Shown: piece after piece, positions 23,010-32,375 of the stretch
How positions within the stretch are numbered: position 1 is the first letter of the stretch
Layout of the letters: every line of letters begins with the position of its first letter
Source: an uncultured Gemmatimonadaceae bacterium
GTDB lineage: Bacteria; Gemmatimonadota; Gemmatimonadetes; Gemmatimonadales; Gemmatimonadaceae
DNA length: 64,000 nt
Assembly (NCBI GenBank): GCA_963740355.1
Contig: CAVUDW010000003.1
Coordinates: 384,001 to 448,000 of the forward strand
Direction: 5' to 3'
Notes under the pieces: model-generated
Told to the model about the DNA's origin: nothing
Databases searched by the model: none
What the model saw: the letters and a program-made list of their open reading frames with translations, nothing else
Made by a program: the position numbers and the translations under genes

Positions 23010-24797
23010 TCAGAACGCGCGGTCCCAAGGAATCGACAGGCGCAGCGCTGAGCTGATCAACCCAACCATGCTGTACGTCTGCACGAAGTTGCCCCACTGC
23101 TCGAGCGACACGGGATCTATGTGCTCCGCCAGCAGGCCGTGCGGGTTGCGGCATGCAAGCACATGTTCGAACAGCGCCCGGGCTTCCGTGTCGCGTCCGA
23201 TGGCTGCCAGCGCATTGATGTACCAGAAGGTGCACGCAAGGAACGCGTTCTCCGGCTTGCCGAAGTCATCTTCGCCGACATACCGGTAGATGAACTGCCC
23301 GCGCAACAGATCGCGCTCGATGGCGTGCACGGTGGCGACGAAACGGACGTCGTCCGCCGCCACAAAGCCGACGTCATGCATGCGCAGCAGCGAGGCGTCG
23401 AGTGTGCTGCCGTCCATCGTGGAGACGAACGTGTGCAGGTCCGCATTCCAGCAGCGTCGGCAGATCTCGATGTGCATGCGATCCGCGGTTTCTCGCCAGT
23501 ACGCATACCGATCCCGCAGGCCGAGCTGCGCGGCGATGCGTGCGAGCCTGTCGCAGCCCGCCCAGCACATCACGCTCGAGAACGTGTGCACATGCGCGCT
23601 GCCACGCAGCTCCCAGATTCCGGCGTCGGGCTGGTCGTAGCAGGCGGCAGCACGGTGTCCGATGTGCTCGAGGCGCTCGAAGAGGGCCACATCACCTCGC
23701 TGCTCGAGACGACGGTCGAAGAAAATGTGCGTCGCGGCCAGGATCGCGGCGCCGTACACGTCATGCTGCACCTGCCGATACGCGTCGTTGCCAACCCGCA
23801 CGGGCCCCATGCCGCGGTACCCTGGCAGCGATTCCACCGTGCGTTCCTCGATATCCGCCCGCCCACTGATGGTGTACATCGGCTGCAGTTCCCCGTGCTC
23901 TGCGCTGGCGATCACATTCAGGATGTACGCAAGAAATCGCTCCATCGTGCGCGTCGCGCCGAGCCGGTTCAGTGCGTCGACCACGAAGTAGGCGTCGCGG
24001 ATCCAGCAGTAGCGATAGTCCCAGTTGCGCGTGCTGCCTGACGCCTCAGGGATCGACGTCGTCATCGCGGCAATCACGGCGCCCGTGTCCTCGTGCGCGT
24101 TGAGCTTGAGCGCAATGGCCGAGCGGATCACGACGTCCTGCCACTCGAACGGAATCGCGAGGGCGCGCACCCAGTCTCGCCAGTGCGCCACAGTCTCTTC
24201 GAGGAATCGGCGGCCGACGATCCCGGCCGATTCCGTCACCGTCTCGTCGGCGCCAAGGATCATGGTCACCGTCCCGTCGAGAAAGAACGGCAGCTCCTCG
24301 ACGATGGGGGTGAGCGGCGCGTCCGTCGTCAGTCGCAGCACGACATCCCCGCCGATGTAGCGGATGTGATTGCTGCCCATCGTTCGCTCGGCTGGGAAGC
24401 GCCCGTACTGGCACATCGGGCGAAGCCGGATCCTGATGCGTGGGTGCCCGGCAACCGCCGTTACGCGGCGCACCAGCGACATGGGGCAGAAGAATCGTCC
24501 GTACTGCTCGAACCGCGGCGCGAAGTCGACAATCTCGACCACGCCGCCTGACGCGTCATGAAGCCGTGTGACGAGGACAGGGGTGTTCTCGAGCACGGAC
24601 TGCTCGGTGCGCACACACTCGAGGACCTCGATGCCGAAGTGGCCGCCCGCCTCCGGCGCGTCCGTCCCGGTCAGCAGCGAACAGAACGAAGGATCCCCAT
24701 CGAAGCGCGGAAAGCACGCCCAGGTGATGTCCCCTTCGGGCGTGATCAATGCGCTGATGGTGCCGTTGCCGATCAGTGCCAGGTTCAGAGAACTCAT
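23010..24797 (-). CDS. Glycoside hydrolase family 15 (trehalase-like)
   Basis: ALIGNG, TTSIPE, RNWDYRYCWIRD, GIWELRG, GLLAEH..WGNFVQTYS. Confidence 0.93.
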   Translation of the reverse strand: MSSLNLALIGNGTISALITPEGDITWACFPRFDGDPSFCSLLTGTDAPEAGGHFGIEVLECVRTEQSVLENTPVLVTRLHDASGGVVEIVDFAPRFEQYGRFFCPMSLVRRVTAVAGHPRIRIRLRPMCQYGRFPAERTMGSNHIRYIGGDVVLRLTTDAPLTPIVEELPFFLDGTVTMILGADETVTESAGIVGRRFLEETVAHWRDWVRALAIPFEWQDVVIRSAIALKLNAHEDTGAVIAAMTTSIPEASGSTRNWDYRYCWIRDAYFVVDALNRLGATRTMERFLAYILNVIASAEHGELQPMYTISGRADIEERTVESLPGYRGMGPVRVGNDAYRQVQHDVYGAAILAATHIFFDRRLEQRGDVALFERLEHIGHRAAACYDQPDAGIWELRGSAHVHTFSSVMCWAGCDRLARIAAQLGLRDRYAYWRETADRMHIEICRRCWNADLHTFVSTMDGSTLDASLLRMHDVGFVAADDVRFVATVHAIERDLLRGQFIYRYVGEDDFGKPENAFLACTFWYINALAAIGRDTEARALFEHVLACRNPHGLLAEHIDPVSLEQWGNFVQTYSMVGLISSALRLSIPWDRAF

Positions 24798-25585
24798 GAC
24801 CGGACCGCTCCACCAGCACTCGGGGCGACCGCCAGATCGAGCCAGCGCCGCACAGCGCGTACGTCCCGCATGCGCCAGCTCGCCAAGGTGCGCCCAGGGC
24901 CGACCTTGACCGAGATCCCATCGAACTCGTTGATCACCGCAAAGCCATACTCGTCGGTCATGTCGTCACCGATGAAGACTGGACATCGGCCTCGGAATGG
25001 AGGCTCAGTCAGGAATGTGCGAATGGCCGTACCCTTGTCGCGTCCCGCCAGCTTCAGTTCGACGACGCGCTTGCCGCGCTGCACGCAAAACTCCGTACCA
25101 GCCTCGCGACCGACCTGCCGCATCACACGGTGCGCGTAGCTGGCGAGGGCGGGTGCCCGACGGTAGTGAAGCGCGAGCGACAGTCCCTTGTCCTCGAGCA
25201 GAAGGCTGGGATGACGCTGCACAACTTCGCGAAGTCGGGTGCGAGCGACACCAAACGCCGGAAGCGGTAGTGAGAACCGGGAGACCTCGCCACTCGGCGC
25301 ACGCCGTTCGAGTCCGTGCTGGCCGGCGACGGGCAGGTGCAATGCCGGGAAGAGATGATCTACCTCGGCCACCGTTCGTCCCGTGATGATCGCGACCGCG
25401 CCGCCCGTGAGGGTCGTGAGCGCTGTGATCGTGGCCCGGAGCTCCGCGTCCACCTGCACGTCACCGGGCCTCGAGACAATCTCGAGCAACGTGCCATCGA
25501 GGTCGATGAAATACGCCAACTCCCGCGTCGGCGATGGCACACCAGCAGTGCGACGTCGTCGCGGCGCAGACAATGTCACGGTCAT
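24794..25585 (-). CDS. otsB: Trehalose-6-phosphate phosphatase
   Basis: HAD motifs DLDGTL, TGR, GKRVVE, DKG, GDDMTDE. Confidence 0.95.
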   Translation of the reverse strand: MTVTLSAPRRRRTAGVPSPTRELAYFIDLDGTLLEIVSRPGDVQVDAELRATITALTTLTGGAVAIITGRTVAEVDHLFPALHLPVAGQHGLERRAPSGEVSRFSLPLPAFGVARTRLREVVQRHPSLLLEDKGLSLALHYRRAPALASYAHRVMRQVGREAGTEFCVQRGKRVVELKLAGRDKGTAIRTFLTEPPFRGRCPVFIGDDMTDEYGFAVINEFDGISVKVGPGRTLASWRMRDVRAVRRWLDLAVAPSAGGAVRS

Positions 25586-27867
25586 GCGCTCGCCTCGCGA
25601 CGCTCAGGCGTGGGGACGAGACGGGGGCGCAGGCCGACTGGGAACTCGAATCGGCGGATCAGGCGCGTCCGACGACGGACGCTGGCGGCATCGAGCATCA
25701 TGCGCCCGGCCCATCGGTAGACGTTGAATTCTCCCACCAGGCTCCGCATCAGTCGCATGCGCGCACGCTGCTCATGCTGTGGCATTGTGACTGCTTGAAA
25801 CAAGGCCTCCGCACACTCTTCGGCATCATATGGGTTGACGATGATGGCCTCCGGCAACTCCCGGGCAGCACCGGTGAACTGGCTCAGTACCAGCACCCCA
25901 CGTTCATCGTCGCGCGCGGCGACGAACTCCTTCGCCACGAGGTTCATGCCATCGTGCAAGCTGCTGACGAAGCAGACATCAGCGCCGCGATAATATTCGT
26001 AGACCTCGCGAGGCTCGTGGTGCTCCGCGTGCAGGATGATCGGGGGGTGTGCGGCAGCCGAGAACTGCGTATTGATGCGCATGGCGAGCGCACGCACGCG
26101 CGCTTCATACGCCTGATAGTGTTCGATGCTCGATCGCGTCGGGGCGGCGATCTGGATGAATGAGAACCGGCCCACCCACTCAGGGTGCAGCTCGAGGAAC
26201 CGCTGCACGGCACGAAAGCGCTCCTCGATGCCCTTGGTGTAGTCGAGGCGATCCACACCGACACCGACGACGTGCCCCTCTGGCAGGAGGTGATGGTGTC
26301 GCACGTCGGCACGGCACTGCTCCACCGACTTCGCGAGCATCGACGCGGCCGGCGGCCAGTCGACCGAAATCGGGTATCGCTTCACCGCGGTCGGCTCGCC
26401 GTGATAGGACACATTGAATGACTCGCGATCGACACGCGCCTCGAGCAACCGGTCCACGGTGTCGACGAAGTTGTTGCAGTGGAACTGCGTGTGGAAGCCG
26501 AGGATGCTGCTGCCCAGCAGGCCATCGAGCAGTTCCTCGCGCCAGGGGCAGATGCTGAATGCCTCCGGATTGGGCCAAGGGATGTGCCAGAACGTGATGA
26601 TCGTGGCGTTCGGCAGGAGCTCGCGCACATATCGTGGCAGGAGCGCGAAGTGGTAGTCCTGCACGAGCACGATGGGGTCGCTGGATGTCGCCTCGCGCAC
26701 CACGGCCTCGGCGAACTTCCGATTCACGGCGACGTACTGCGCCCAGTCTGTTGCACGAAACGTCGGCCGCACGTGCGCATTGTGGCAGAGCGGCCAGAGC
26801 CCCTCGTTCGAGAAGCCGTAGTAGTACCCAGACTCCTCCTGCGCCGACAGCCAGACGCGGCGGATCTGGTACGCCGGGTTCTCGACCGGTACACCGACTC
26901 GATCGTGGCGGTCGACGACTTCCCGGTCCGCGGTGCCGGAGCCGTGTGCGATCCAGGTGCCCGAACAGGCGCGCATGATCGGCTCAAGCGCCGTCACCAG
27001 CCCGCTCGCCGGCTGCTTCACGACGATCTCGTCGCCCTGAAACATGTGCATGTACGGCTCGCGGTTCGAGACCACGATCACCTCCTGCCCACGCAGGTCG
27101 CCATCGAGAATCGCCTTCAATGCGGCCGCATCCCATGGCGCCTGATGCTCTTCCCGGCCGCGATGCTCCGACTGGATGTCCTGGATCAGCGCGCGAAGAT
27201 CGGCCGCAATGGGCCGCAGCTCCGGCCGGTCATGCTCGTCGGTCGGGCGCAGGATACCCTCGCCTCGCATGAGCGCGCGGAGGCCCTGTTCCCAGCCACG
27301 CCAGCTGAGCTGCGCCACCGCCACCGTGATCATCGACACGGTCAGGCCGAGTGCAGCAAAGACGTAGAACAGGTACTTCCGCGTCTCCTCGCTCCGGCGT
27401 CCGACGAAGCTCATGTCATGCACGAGGACCAGCTCACCAGAGGGAGCACTGTCGCTCGCCAGCGAGCGCACGGACACGAGCAGCGGACCGCGTTCACTGC
27501 TCAGGACGTGCGTGGCGGGATCTTCACCGGTGAAGCGAGCAAGACTGTCACACGCCAGCTCCACCGGCAATGACGGCGTCGCAATCGGCTTCGAGGTGGG
27601 CGCGGCGCAGTACCCCATCGCGAACAGGCGCTCATCCTGCGTGATCTTCGCGAACAGCTGGCGTACCCTCGCCTTGTTATCGACCTGCACCAAATCCTGC
27701 ACGGCATCCTCGACCGTCGTCGCCACCAGCTTCGCGCGGATGTCGAGGTCGCGCGTGAACCACCGCACCGTCAGGCTGTCGACGAGTGGGACGACGGCAT
27801 AGGCGACTGCGGCGAGCACGAGCAGGAGCGGTATGATGAATCGAAGGGAGAGTCGCATGGGCCTCAT
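25582..27867 (-). CDS. otsA: Trehalose-6-phosphate synthase (GT20) with N-terminal TM-periplasmic-TM domain
   Basis: [41 protein letters not shown]; ~260-aa extension with two TM helices. Confidence 0.93.
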   Translation of the reverse strand: MRPMRLSLRFIIPLLLVLAAVAYAVVPLVDSLTVRWFTRDLDIRAKLVATTVEDAVQDLVQVDNKARVRQLFAKITQDERLFAMGYCAAPTSKPIATPSLPVELACDSLARFTGEDPATHVLSSERGPLLVSVRSLASDSAPSGELVLVHDMSFVGRRSEETRKYLFYVFAALGLTVSMITVAVAQLSWRGWEQGLRALMRGEGILRPTDEHDRPELRPIAADLRALIQDIQSEHRGREEHQAPWDAAALKAILDGDLRGQEVIVVSNREPYMHMFQGDEIVVKQPASGLVTALEPIMRACSGTWIAHGSGTADREVVDRHDRVGVPVENPAYQIRRVWLSAQEESGYYYGFSNEGLWPLCHNAHVRPTFRATDWAQYVAVNRKFAEAVVREATSSDPIVLVQDYHFALLPRYVRELLPNATIITFWHIPWPNPEAFSICPWREELLDGLLGSSILGFHTQFHCNNFVDTVDRLLEARVDRESFNVSYHGEPTAVKRYPISVDWPPAASMLAKSVEQCRADVRHHHLLPEGHVVGVGVDRLDYTKGIEERFRAVQRFLELHPEWVGRFSFIQIAAPTRSSIEHYQAYEARVRALAMRINTQFSAAAHPPIILHAEHHEPREVYEYYRGADVCFVSSLHDGMNLVAKEFVAARDDERGVLVLSQFTGAARELPEAIIVNPYDAEECAEALFQAVTMPQHEQRARMRLMRSLVGEFNVYRWAGRMMLDAASVRRRTRLIRRFEFPVGLRPRLVPTPERREASA

Positions 27868-27924
27868 CAGGTCGTGCGTGAAACGAGTTGACGGAACAGC
27901 GCGTGCAGTGGCAATGGCGTCGGC

Positions 27925-29016
27925 TCACGACGCGTTGGCGTATTCCCGCGACCGCACATCGCGAGGCGCTGCACGCTGCAGCAGCAATGTCTGGGTTGGA
28001 TAGGCGAACTCGATCCCCGCGTCCTCGAACTGCGCGTGCACAGACAGGTTGACCTGTTGCTGGATGTCCATGTACAGGTTGTAGTCAGCGGAGTTCACGA
28101 AGTACACGACCTCATAGTCGACAGCGAAATCAGCGAACGAAGCCAGATGCGCGCGGTCGAACCGCACTGGCGACTGGCGCTCCACCGCGTCGCGCAGCAT
28201 TCCTGGAATCTGCTCGAGCAGCTCCCTGCCGGTCTGGTACGTCACGCCAACGTGGAATACCACGCGCCTTTCCTGCATCCGGCCGTAGTTGCGCACCCGG
28301 CTGTCGAGCAGGTCACTATTCGAAAAAATGAGTTGCTCGCCGGACAATGCACGCAGCCGCGTTGTCTTCAGCCCGACGCGATCCACCGTGCCCATCAGCT
28401 CGCCCACCGCGATGAAGTCACCAATCACGAACGGCTTGTCGAGCACGATGGCGAGCGACGCGAAGAGGTCTCCGAGGATCTTCTGTGTCGCGAGCGCAAT
28501 GGCGACGCCGCCCACGCCGAGACTCGCCACGAACGCAGTGATGTTGACGCCAAGATTGTCGAGTGCCAACAGCAATACCACGGTCCAGATCACTACCTGC
28601 ACGGCCACCTGCATCGCGGCTAGCATCGTGGACGTGCTGCGGTCCTCTGCGGGCCGCCGCCCCCGGTGGACGGCAATCACTCCGCGCGCGGCCGCCGTGC
28701 ACCAGAATCCCACCTGCGCCAGCAACGCGAGCGCCGCCACCCCGCTCGCCCACCGTTCGACGTCGGACGAGAGCGGCAGGGAGCGCAATCCGACGAAAAG
28801 ACCGCCGACGACCACGAGCAGCGTTCGCGTGCTGCGGACCACGTTCACGACGACGTCGTCCCACGGGTTCGCGGTGCGCTTCGACAGAATTGCAAGGCGC
28901 TTTGCGACGACGGAACGCAAGACAAGAGCACACGCCACGACCGCCGCCGACAGTGCTGCCGCACGCAACAACGCCACGGTGGAGAGGTCTGTGAGAACGA
29001 CCGATTCGGGGAGCAC
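27925..29016 (-). CDS. MscS family mechanosensitive channel
   Basis: ASLGVGGVAIALA, KPFVIGDFI, GIEFAYPTQ; GTG 29016 follows RBS GGAGGAG. Confidence 0.93.
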   Translation of the reverse strand: MLPESVVLTDLSTVALLRAAALSAAVVACALVLRSVVAKRLAILSKRTANPWDDVVVNVVRSTRTLLVVVGGLFVGLRSLPLSSDVERWASGVAALALLAQVGFWCTAAARGVIAVHRGRRPAEDRSTSTMLAAMQVAVQVVIWTVVLLLALDNLGVNITAFVASLGVGGVAIALATQKILGDLFASLAIVLDKPFVIGDFIAVGELMGTVDRVGLKTTRLRALSGEQLIFSNSDLLDSRVRNYGRMQERRVVFHVGVTYQTGRELLEQIPGMLRDAVERQSPVRFDRAHLASFADFAVDYEVVYFVNSADYNLYMDIQQQVNLSVHAQFEDAGIEFAYPTQTLLLQRAAPRDVRSREYANAS

Positions 29017-29278
29017 GAGTCTCCTCCCGCCAACCTGCGACCGCAGGCCAGCCCAGTAAATCACAAGTGGGAGCCGGCTCGGCATGCCGTCCGGACCATC
29101 GAGCTGTGCCGCTGCGTGCGACGAGCAATGCGGCAGGAACTACCGACGCCGGTCCTGATCGAACACTCAGGAATCCACGGGGCGCGGACTGTCAATTACA
29201 TAGATACAAATATAGTATTCGGGGACGCTCGCGGTGGCAACCCACGCGCCGCACTTCCCGATCATGCTGGAGGCTCAC

Positions 29279-29842
29279 ATGCTGAATCGACTGCTCGTCG
29301 TGCTCGACGAATTCGATCCATCCGAGATCGCGATCATGGACGCCCTGCATCTCGCCGGCGAGCACGGCAGTGCCGTGCTCTTCGTCGGCATCGTACCGTC
29401 GCTGACGGTGCCACAGTTCGACGTGCCGAGCCTCTCGCTTCTCTTCACCTCTCGGCGGCAGGCAACCGCCGAGGCGACCGTGAGAAGCCGAATCGACCGC
29501 GGCGTCCGCGAGGCGTCGCGTCTCGGGCTGCATAGCGCATTCCGCCTGCTCAACCCGCCACGCAGTGCCAGGATGGTGGTCGCTGTCGCAGAGGAGGAGA
29601 GGTGCGACACGATCATCATCGCATCCGACGGTCGGTCGGCGCTGCGTCGCCTCATCGCGGGGAGCCTGATCCCCGGCCTCATCACACACGCACCGATGCC
29701 CGTCATCGTGTGCAAGGCGCACCGCGATGTCGTGCCGGCGCTGGTGACAAGGAAGCCACCGACGCGAGATCCGGCCCCCGCGCGGCCTGTCGTCCCGCGA
29801 CGTCGTCCGACGCGCGGCGGGCTCGCAGGGGTGCCGGCGTGA
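29279..29842 (+). CDS. Universal stress protein
   Basis: RBS GGAGG; RLLVVLD, AEEERCDTIIIASDGRS...GS, APMPVIV. Confidence 0.85.
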   Translation: MLNRLLVVLDEFDPSEIAIMDALHLAGEHGSAVLFVGIVPSLTVPQFDVPSLSLLFTSRRQATAEATVRSRIDRGVREASRLGLHSAFRLLNPPRSARMVVAVAEEERCDTIIIASDGRSALRRLIAGSLIPGLITHAPMPVIVCKAHRDVVPALVTRKPPTRDPAPARPVVPRRRPTRGGLAGVPA

Positions 29843-30354
29843 TCGACGTGCCTCCGCGACGCCGTCGCGTTGACGAGCCGGACTCGCTTGCCGCACCCGC
29901 CACGCCCGACACGGTGCTTCAGCAGTTCCGGGTCGTCTTCACGGCCATCAAGACGCACTTTCAACAGTTGGAACGACAGGCCGGCATCGGTGGCGCACAG
30001 GTCTGGGCCCTTGCCACGATTCGGGACCACCCGCGCATGAGCATCGGTGAGCTCGCCATCGCGCTCAGCGTGCGTCAGCCGACGGCGAGCAACCTCGCAC
30101 GCAGTCTCGCCGAGCAGGGCTGCATCACCCACGAGCGCCGCACAGACGACCGGCGTGGTGTCACCCTGCGCATCACGGGCGCTGGCCGGGCATTGCTCGG
30201 GCGTGTGTCACCACCGTACGAGGGGGTCTTGCCGGCGGCCTTGGGAAAGCTCGATCCAGACACCCTCCACAGGCTCGACGTGGACCTGCGCGAACTCATC
30301 AGCCACCTGAACGCGGACGACAGTGCGCGCCTGCGACCGCTCGCCTCACTGTAG
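29839..30354 (+). CDS. MarR family transcriptional regulator
   Basis: GAQVWAL, GELA..LSVRQPTASNL, DDRRGV.LRIT..G; GTGA overlap with the Usp gene. Confidence 0.88.
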   Translation: MIDVPPRRRRVDEPDSLAAPATPDTVLQQFRVVFTAIKTHFQQLERQAGIGGAQVWALATIRDHPRMSIGELAIALSVRQPTASNLARSLAEQGCITHERRTDDRRGVTLRITGAGRALLGRVSPPYEGVLPAALGKLDPDTLHRLDVDLRELISHLNADDSARLRPLASL

Positions 30355-30380
30355 CACCGACACCGGCGAGCGACGGCGCA

Positions 30381-31751
30381 CTACCGCCGCTCGACGTTCG
30401 TCAGTTCGACGGAGTCCACCTTCAGGCGCGTCGCGAGAAATGCTCGCAATCGGGTCGACGCGGTGCGATCCGGCGAACGGCGCCACGTTGCCACGACGGC
30501 GACACGCGGGGTGATCGCCGGCTTCGCAGCGGTGTCGGCGTCGGAGACAATGCGACCGACAGCCAGCGACACCAGTCCGGGATTGAGCGCGCGCACCTCC
30601 GAAAAGAGGCTCCTGGTCGGCAGTTCCGCCGCCCGCAGGCGGACGACCTCCGCCTGCAGCTCCGTCGCACGTTGCGCATCGACCGACGGCGTCTTCGCAT
30701 CGCGCGTCGTCATGCCTTTCAGCGCCTCCTGCCGCAGCACATCGGCGAGCTCCTCCAGCGACGGCTGATGCCCGAGCGGCTGTCGCAGCACCAGACGCGT
30801 CTTCGCGAGTCCATACGCCGGAAGGCGCCGGCGCACGGAGTCGACCTGCGCGACGGGCACCGGTTCACCGATCAGCGTCGCCTCGATGGTGGAGGAATCG
30901 CGCGCATATCGGAACACTGTGTTGAGGATGCTTCGGTCGGCGAACACCAGGTTCTCCGCAACGAAGCGGCGCGCCGCGCCCTTGAAACGTGTCTCCTGCA
31001 CGACGTTCCAGCCGGTGTAGATGCTCGGCAGGACGAGCACGAGCGTCAGGAACACGATGACCGTGCGCACGCGACCACGTGTCGTCGACTCCGGTACGGC
31101 GACCTGCGGAAAATGCATCAGTCGCACGAAGCCGAGCGTCGCGAGGCAGATGAAGAGCGCGTTGATCAGGAACAGGTGCATCGCGCCGAGGAAGAACCAG
31201 AGATCGCCGTGTGCGAGACCGAAGCCCGCCGTGCAGAGTGGCGGCATGAGCGCGGTCGCAATCGCCACCCCGGGAAGCACCTGACTCTTGTTCGCCTTGC
31301 GTGTGACGGCGACGATGCCAGCCGCGCCACCGAACAGCGCGATCAGCACGTCATACAGCGTCGGTCGTGTCCGTGCGAGGAGTTCGGACTGTGCCTCGGC
31401 CAGCGGCGAGATGAAGAAGAAGAGCGTTGACGCCGCGAGTGAGATGCCCGTCGCGAACATCAGGCTGCGCACACTGCGGCGCAGCAGCAGGACGTCACTC
31501 GTGCCGAGCGCGACCCCCATGCCGACAATCGGTCCCATGAGCGGCGAGATGAGCATCGCGCCGATGATGACCGCGGTCGAGTTGACGTTCAGGCCGACGG
31601 ATGCGATGAGGATCGCGAAGACCAGCGCCCAGGCACCGCCGCTCCGCAGTTCGACGTCGCCGCGGACCTGCTCGACACTGCCGGCGTAGTCCGTCTCGGC
31701 CCGAAGGGACAGGACCGCACGGGCAGTCCCAAGAAGGGTCTGAGAGTTCAC
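30381..31751 (-). CDS. DUF389 / TIGR00341-type membrane protein
   Basis: NSTAVIIGAMLISPLMGP, ELLARTRPT, PGVAIATALMPPLC. Confidence 0.9.
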   Translation of the reverse strand: MNSQTLLGTARAVLSLRAETDYAGSVEQVRGDVELRSGGAWALVFAILIASVGLNVNSTAVIIGAMLISPLMGPIVGMGVALGTSDVLLLRRSVRSLMFATGISLAASTLFFFISPLAEAQSELLARTRPTLYDVLIALFGGAAGIVAVTRKANKSQVLPGVAIATALMPPLCTAGFGLAHGDLWFFLGAMHLFLINALFICLATLGFVRLMHFPQVAVPESTTRGRVRTVIVFLTLVLVLPSIYTGWNVVQETRFKGAARRFVAENLVFADRSILNTVFRYARDSSTIEATLIGEPVPVAQVDSVRRRLPAYGLAKTRLVLRQPLGHQPSLEELADVLRQEALKGMTTRDAKTPSVDAQRATELQAEVVRLRAAELPTRSLFSEVRALNPGLVSLAVGRIVSDADTAAKPAITPRVAVVATWRRSPDRTASTRLRAFLATRLKVDSVELTNVERR

Positions 31752-31839
31752 GCAGGTGCCTCGCGGTGGAGAGTGGTGGCGCGTCTTCTACCGCCCCCCC
31801 GGACACGAGGGATCAGGGCGACGGAATCTTGTGGGGACG

Positions 31840-31873
31840 AAAACGAAACGCGGCCCCACACCGGAGGCCGCGT
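31840..31873 (-). terminator. Intrinsic terminator in the DUF389 leader
   Basis: Minus strand ACGCGGCCUC-CGGUGU-GGGGCCGCGU followed by UUCGUUUU, ~90 nt upstream of the start codon. Confidence 0.75.
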
Positions 31874-31972
31874 CTGCTACTCGAACCAGCGACCCGGCGG
31901 ATAGCACCGACGGGCAGTAAACCTATCAGCCCTCCAAAATCGTTGGATACGCTGACCTGCTTAACTCACTTC
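31840..31972 (-). ncRNA. Candidate cis-regulatory structured RNA (riboswitch-like leader)
   Basis: Nested stems, two further hairpins and a competing terminator/antiterminator; folded by eye, no family assigned. Confidence 0.55.
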
Positions 31973-32134
31973 ATTCCAATGTGTGATCGCCGTCAATGCA
32001 GGGCTGCGTGGAGCGGCACTGGATGCGACGCTGGCGCGGCTGCTCCCGTGACGTCGGCGTCGCCGTGCGTGGGTGAGACCGAGCGCATGCTACCGGTGAA
32101 GAGCAGCGGCTCACACATCCGAATCGGGAGTGGA

Positions 32135-32186
32135 AATCCGGTGACGCTGCACTCATTCGCAGGCACGTGCACTGTCGCCGGCTATT
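32135..32186. repeat. Inverted doublet of the junction motif
   Basis: AATCCGGTGACGCTGCACTCATT (32135-32157), 9 bp, then GTGCACTGTCGCCGGCTATT (32167-32186). Confidence 0.75.
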
Positions 32187-32375
32187 CGTCTTCACCCGAC
32201 ACATGAGAACGCCGCCACCGCTCCTGCGTCTCTCCCAGAGGCGGACAACTCGCGCATTCGCCTCCACAGGATCGTTAGAGGCGGCCGTACCATTGCCTGC
32301 GTGGTCTAACCCGTACGGCGCGGTTGGCGGCACCTCGGCCGATAGCGAGGACGATGCACCACCCCGGAGACACAG

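Noticed and set aside
31878..31897. tRNA gene or att remnant (GGGTCGCTGGTTCGAGT on minus)
   Set aside because: The T-stem 3' strand and acceptor are absent; treated as part of the leader RNA.
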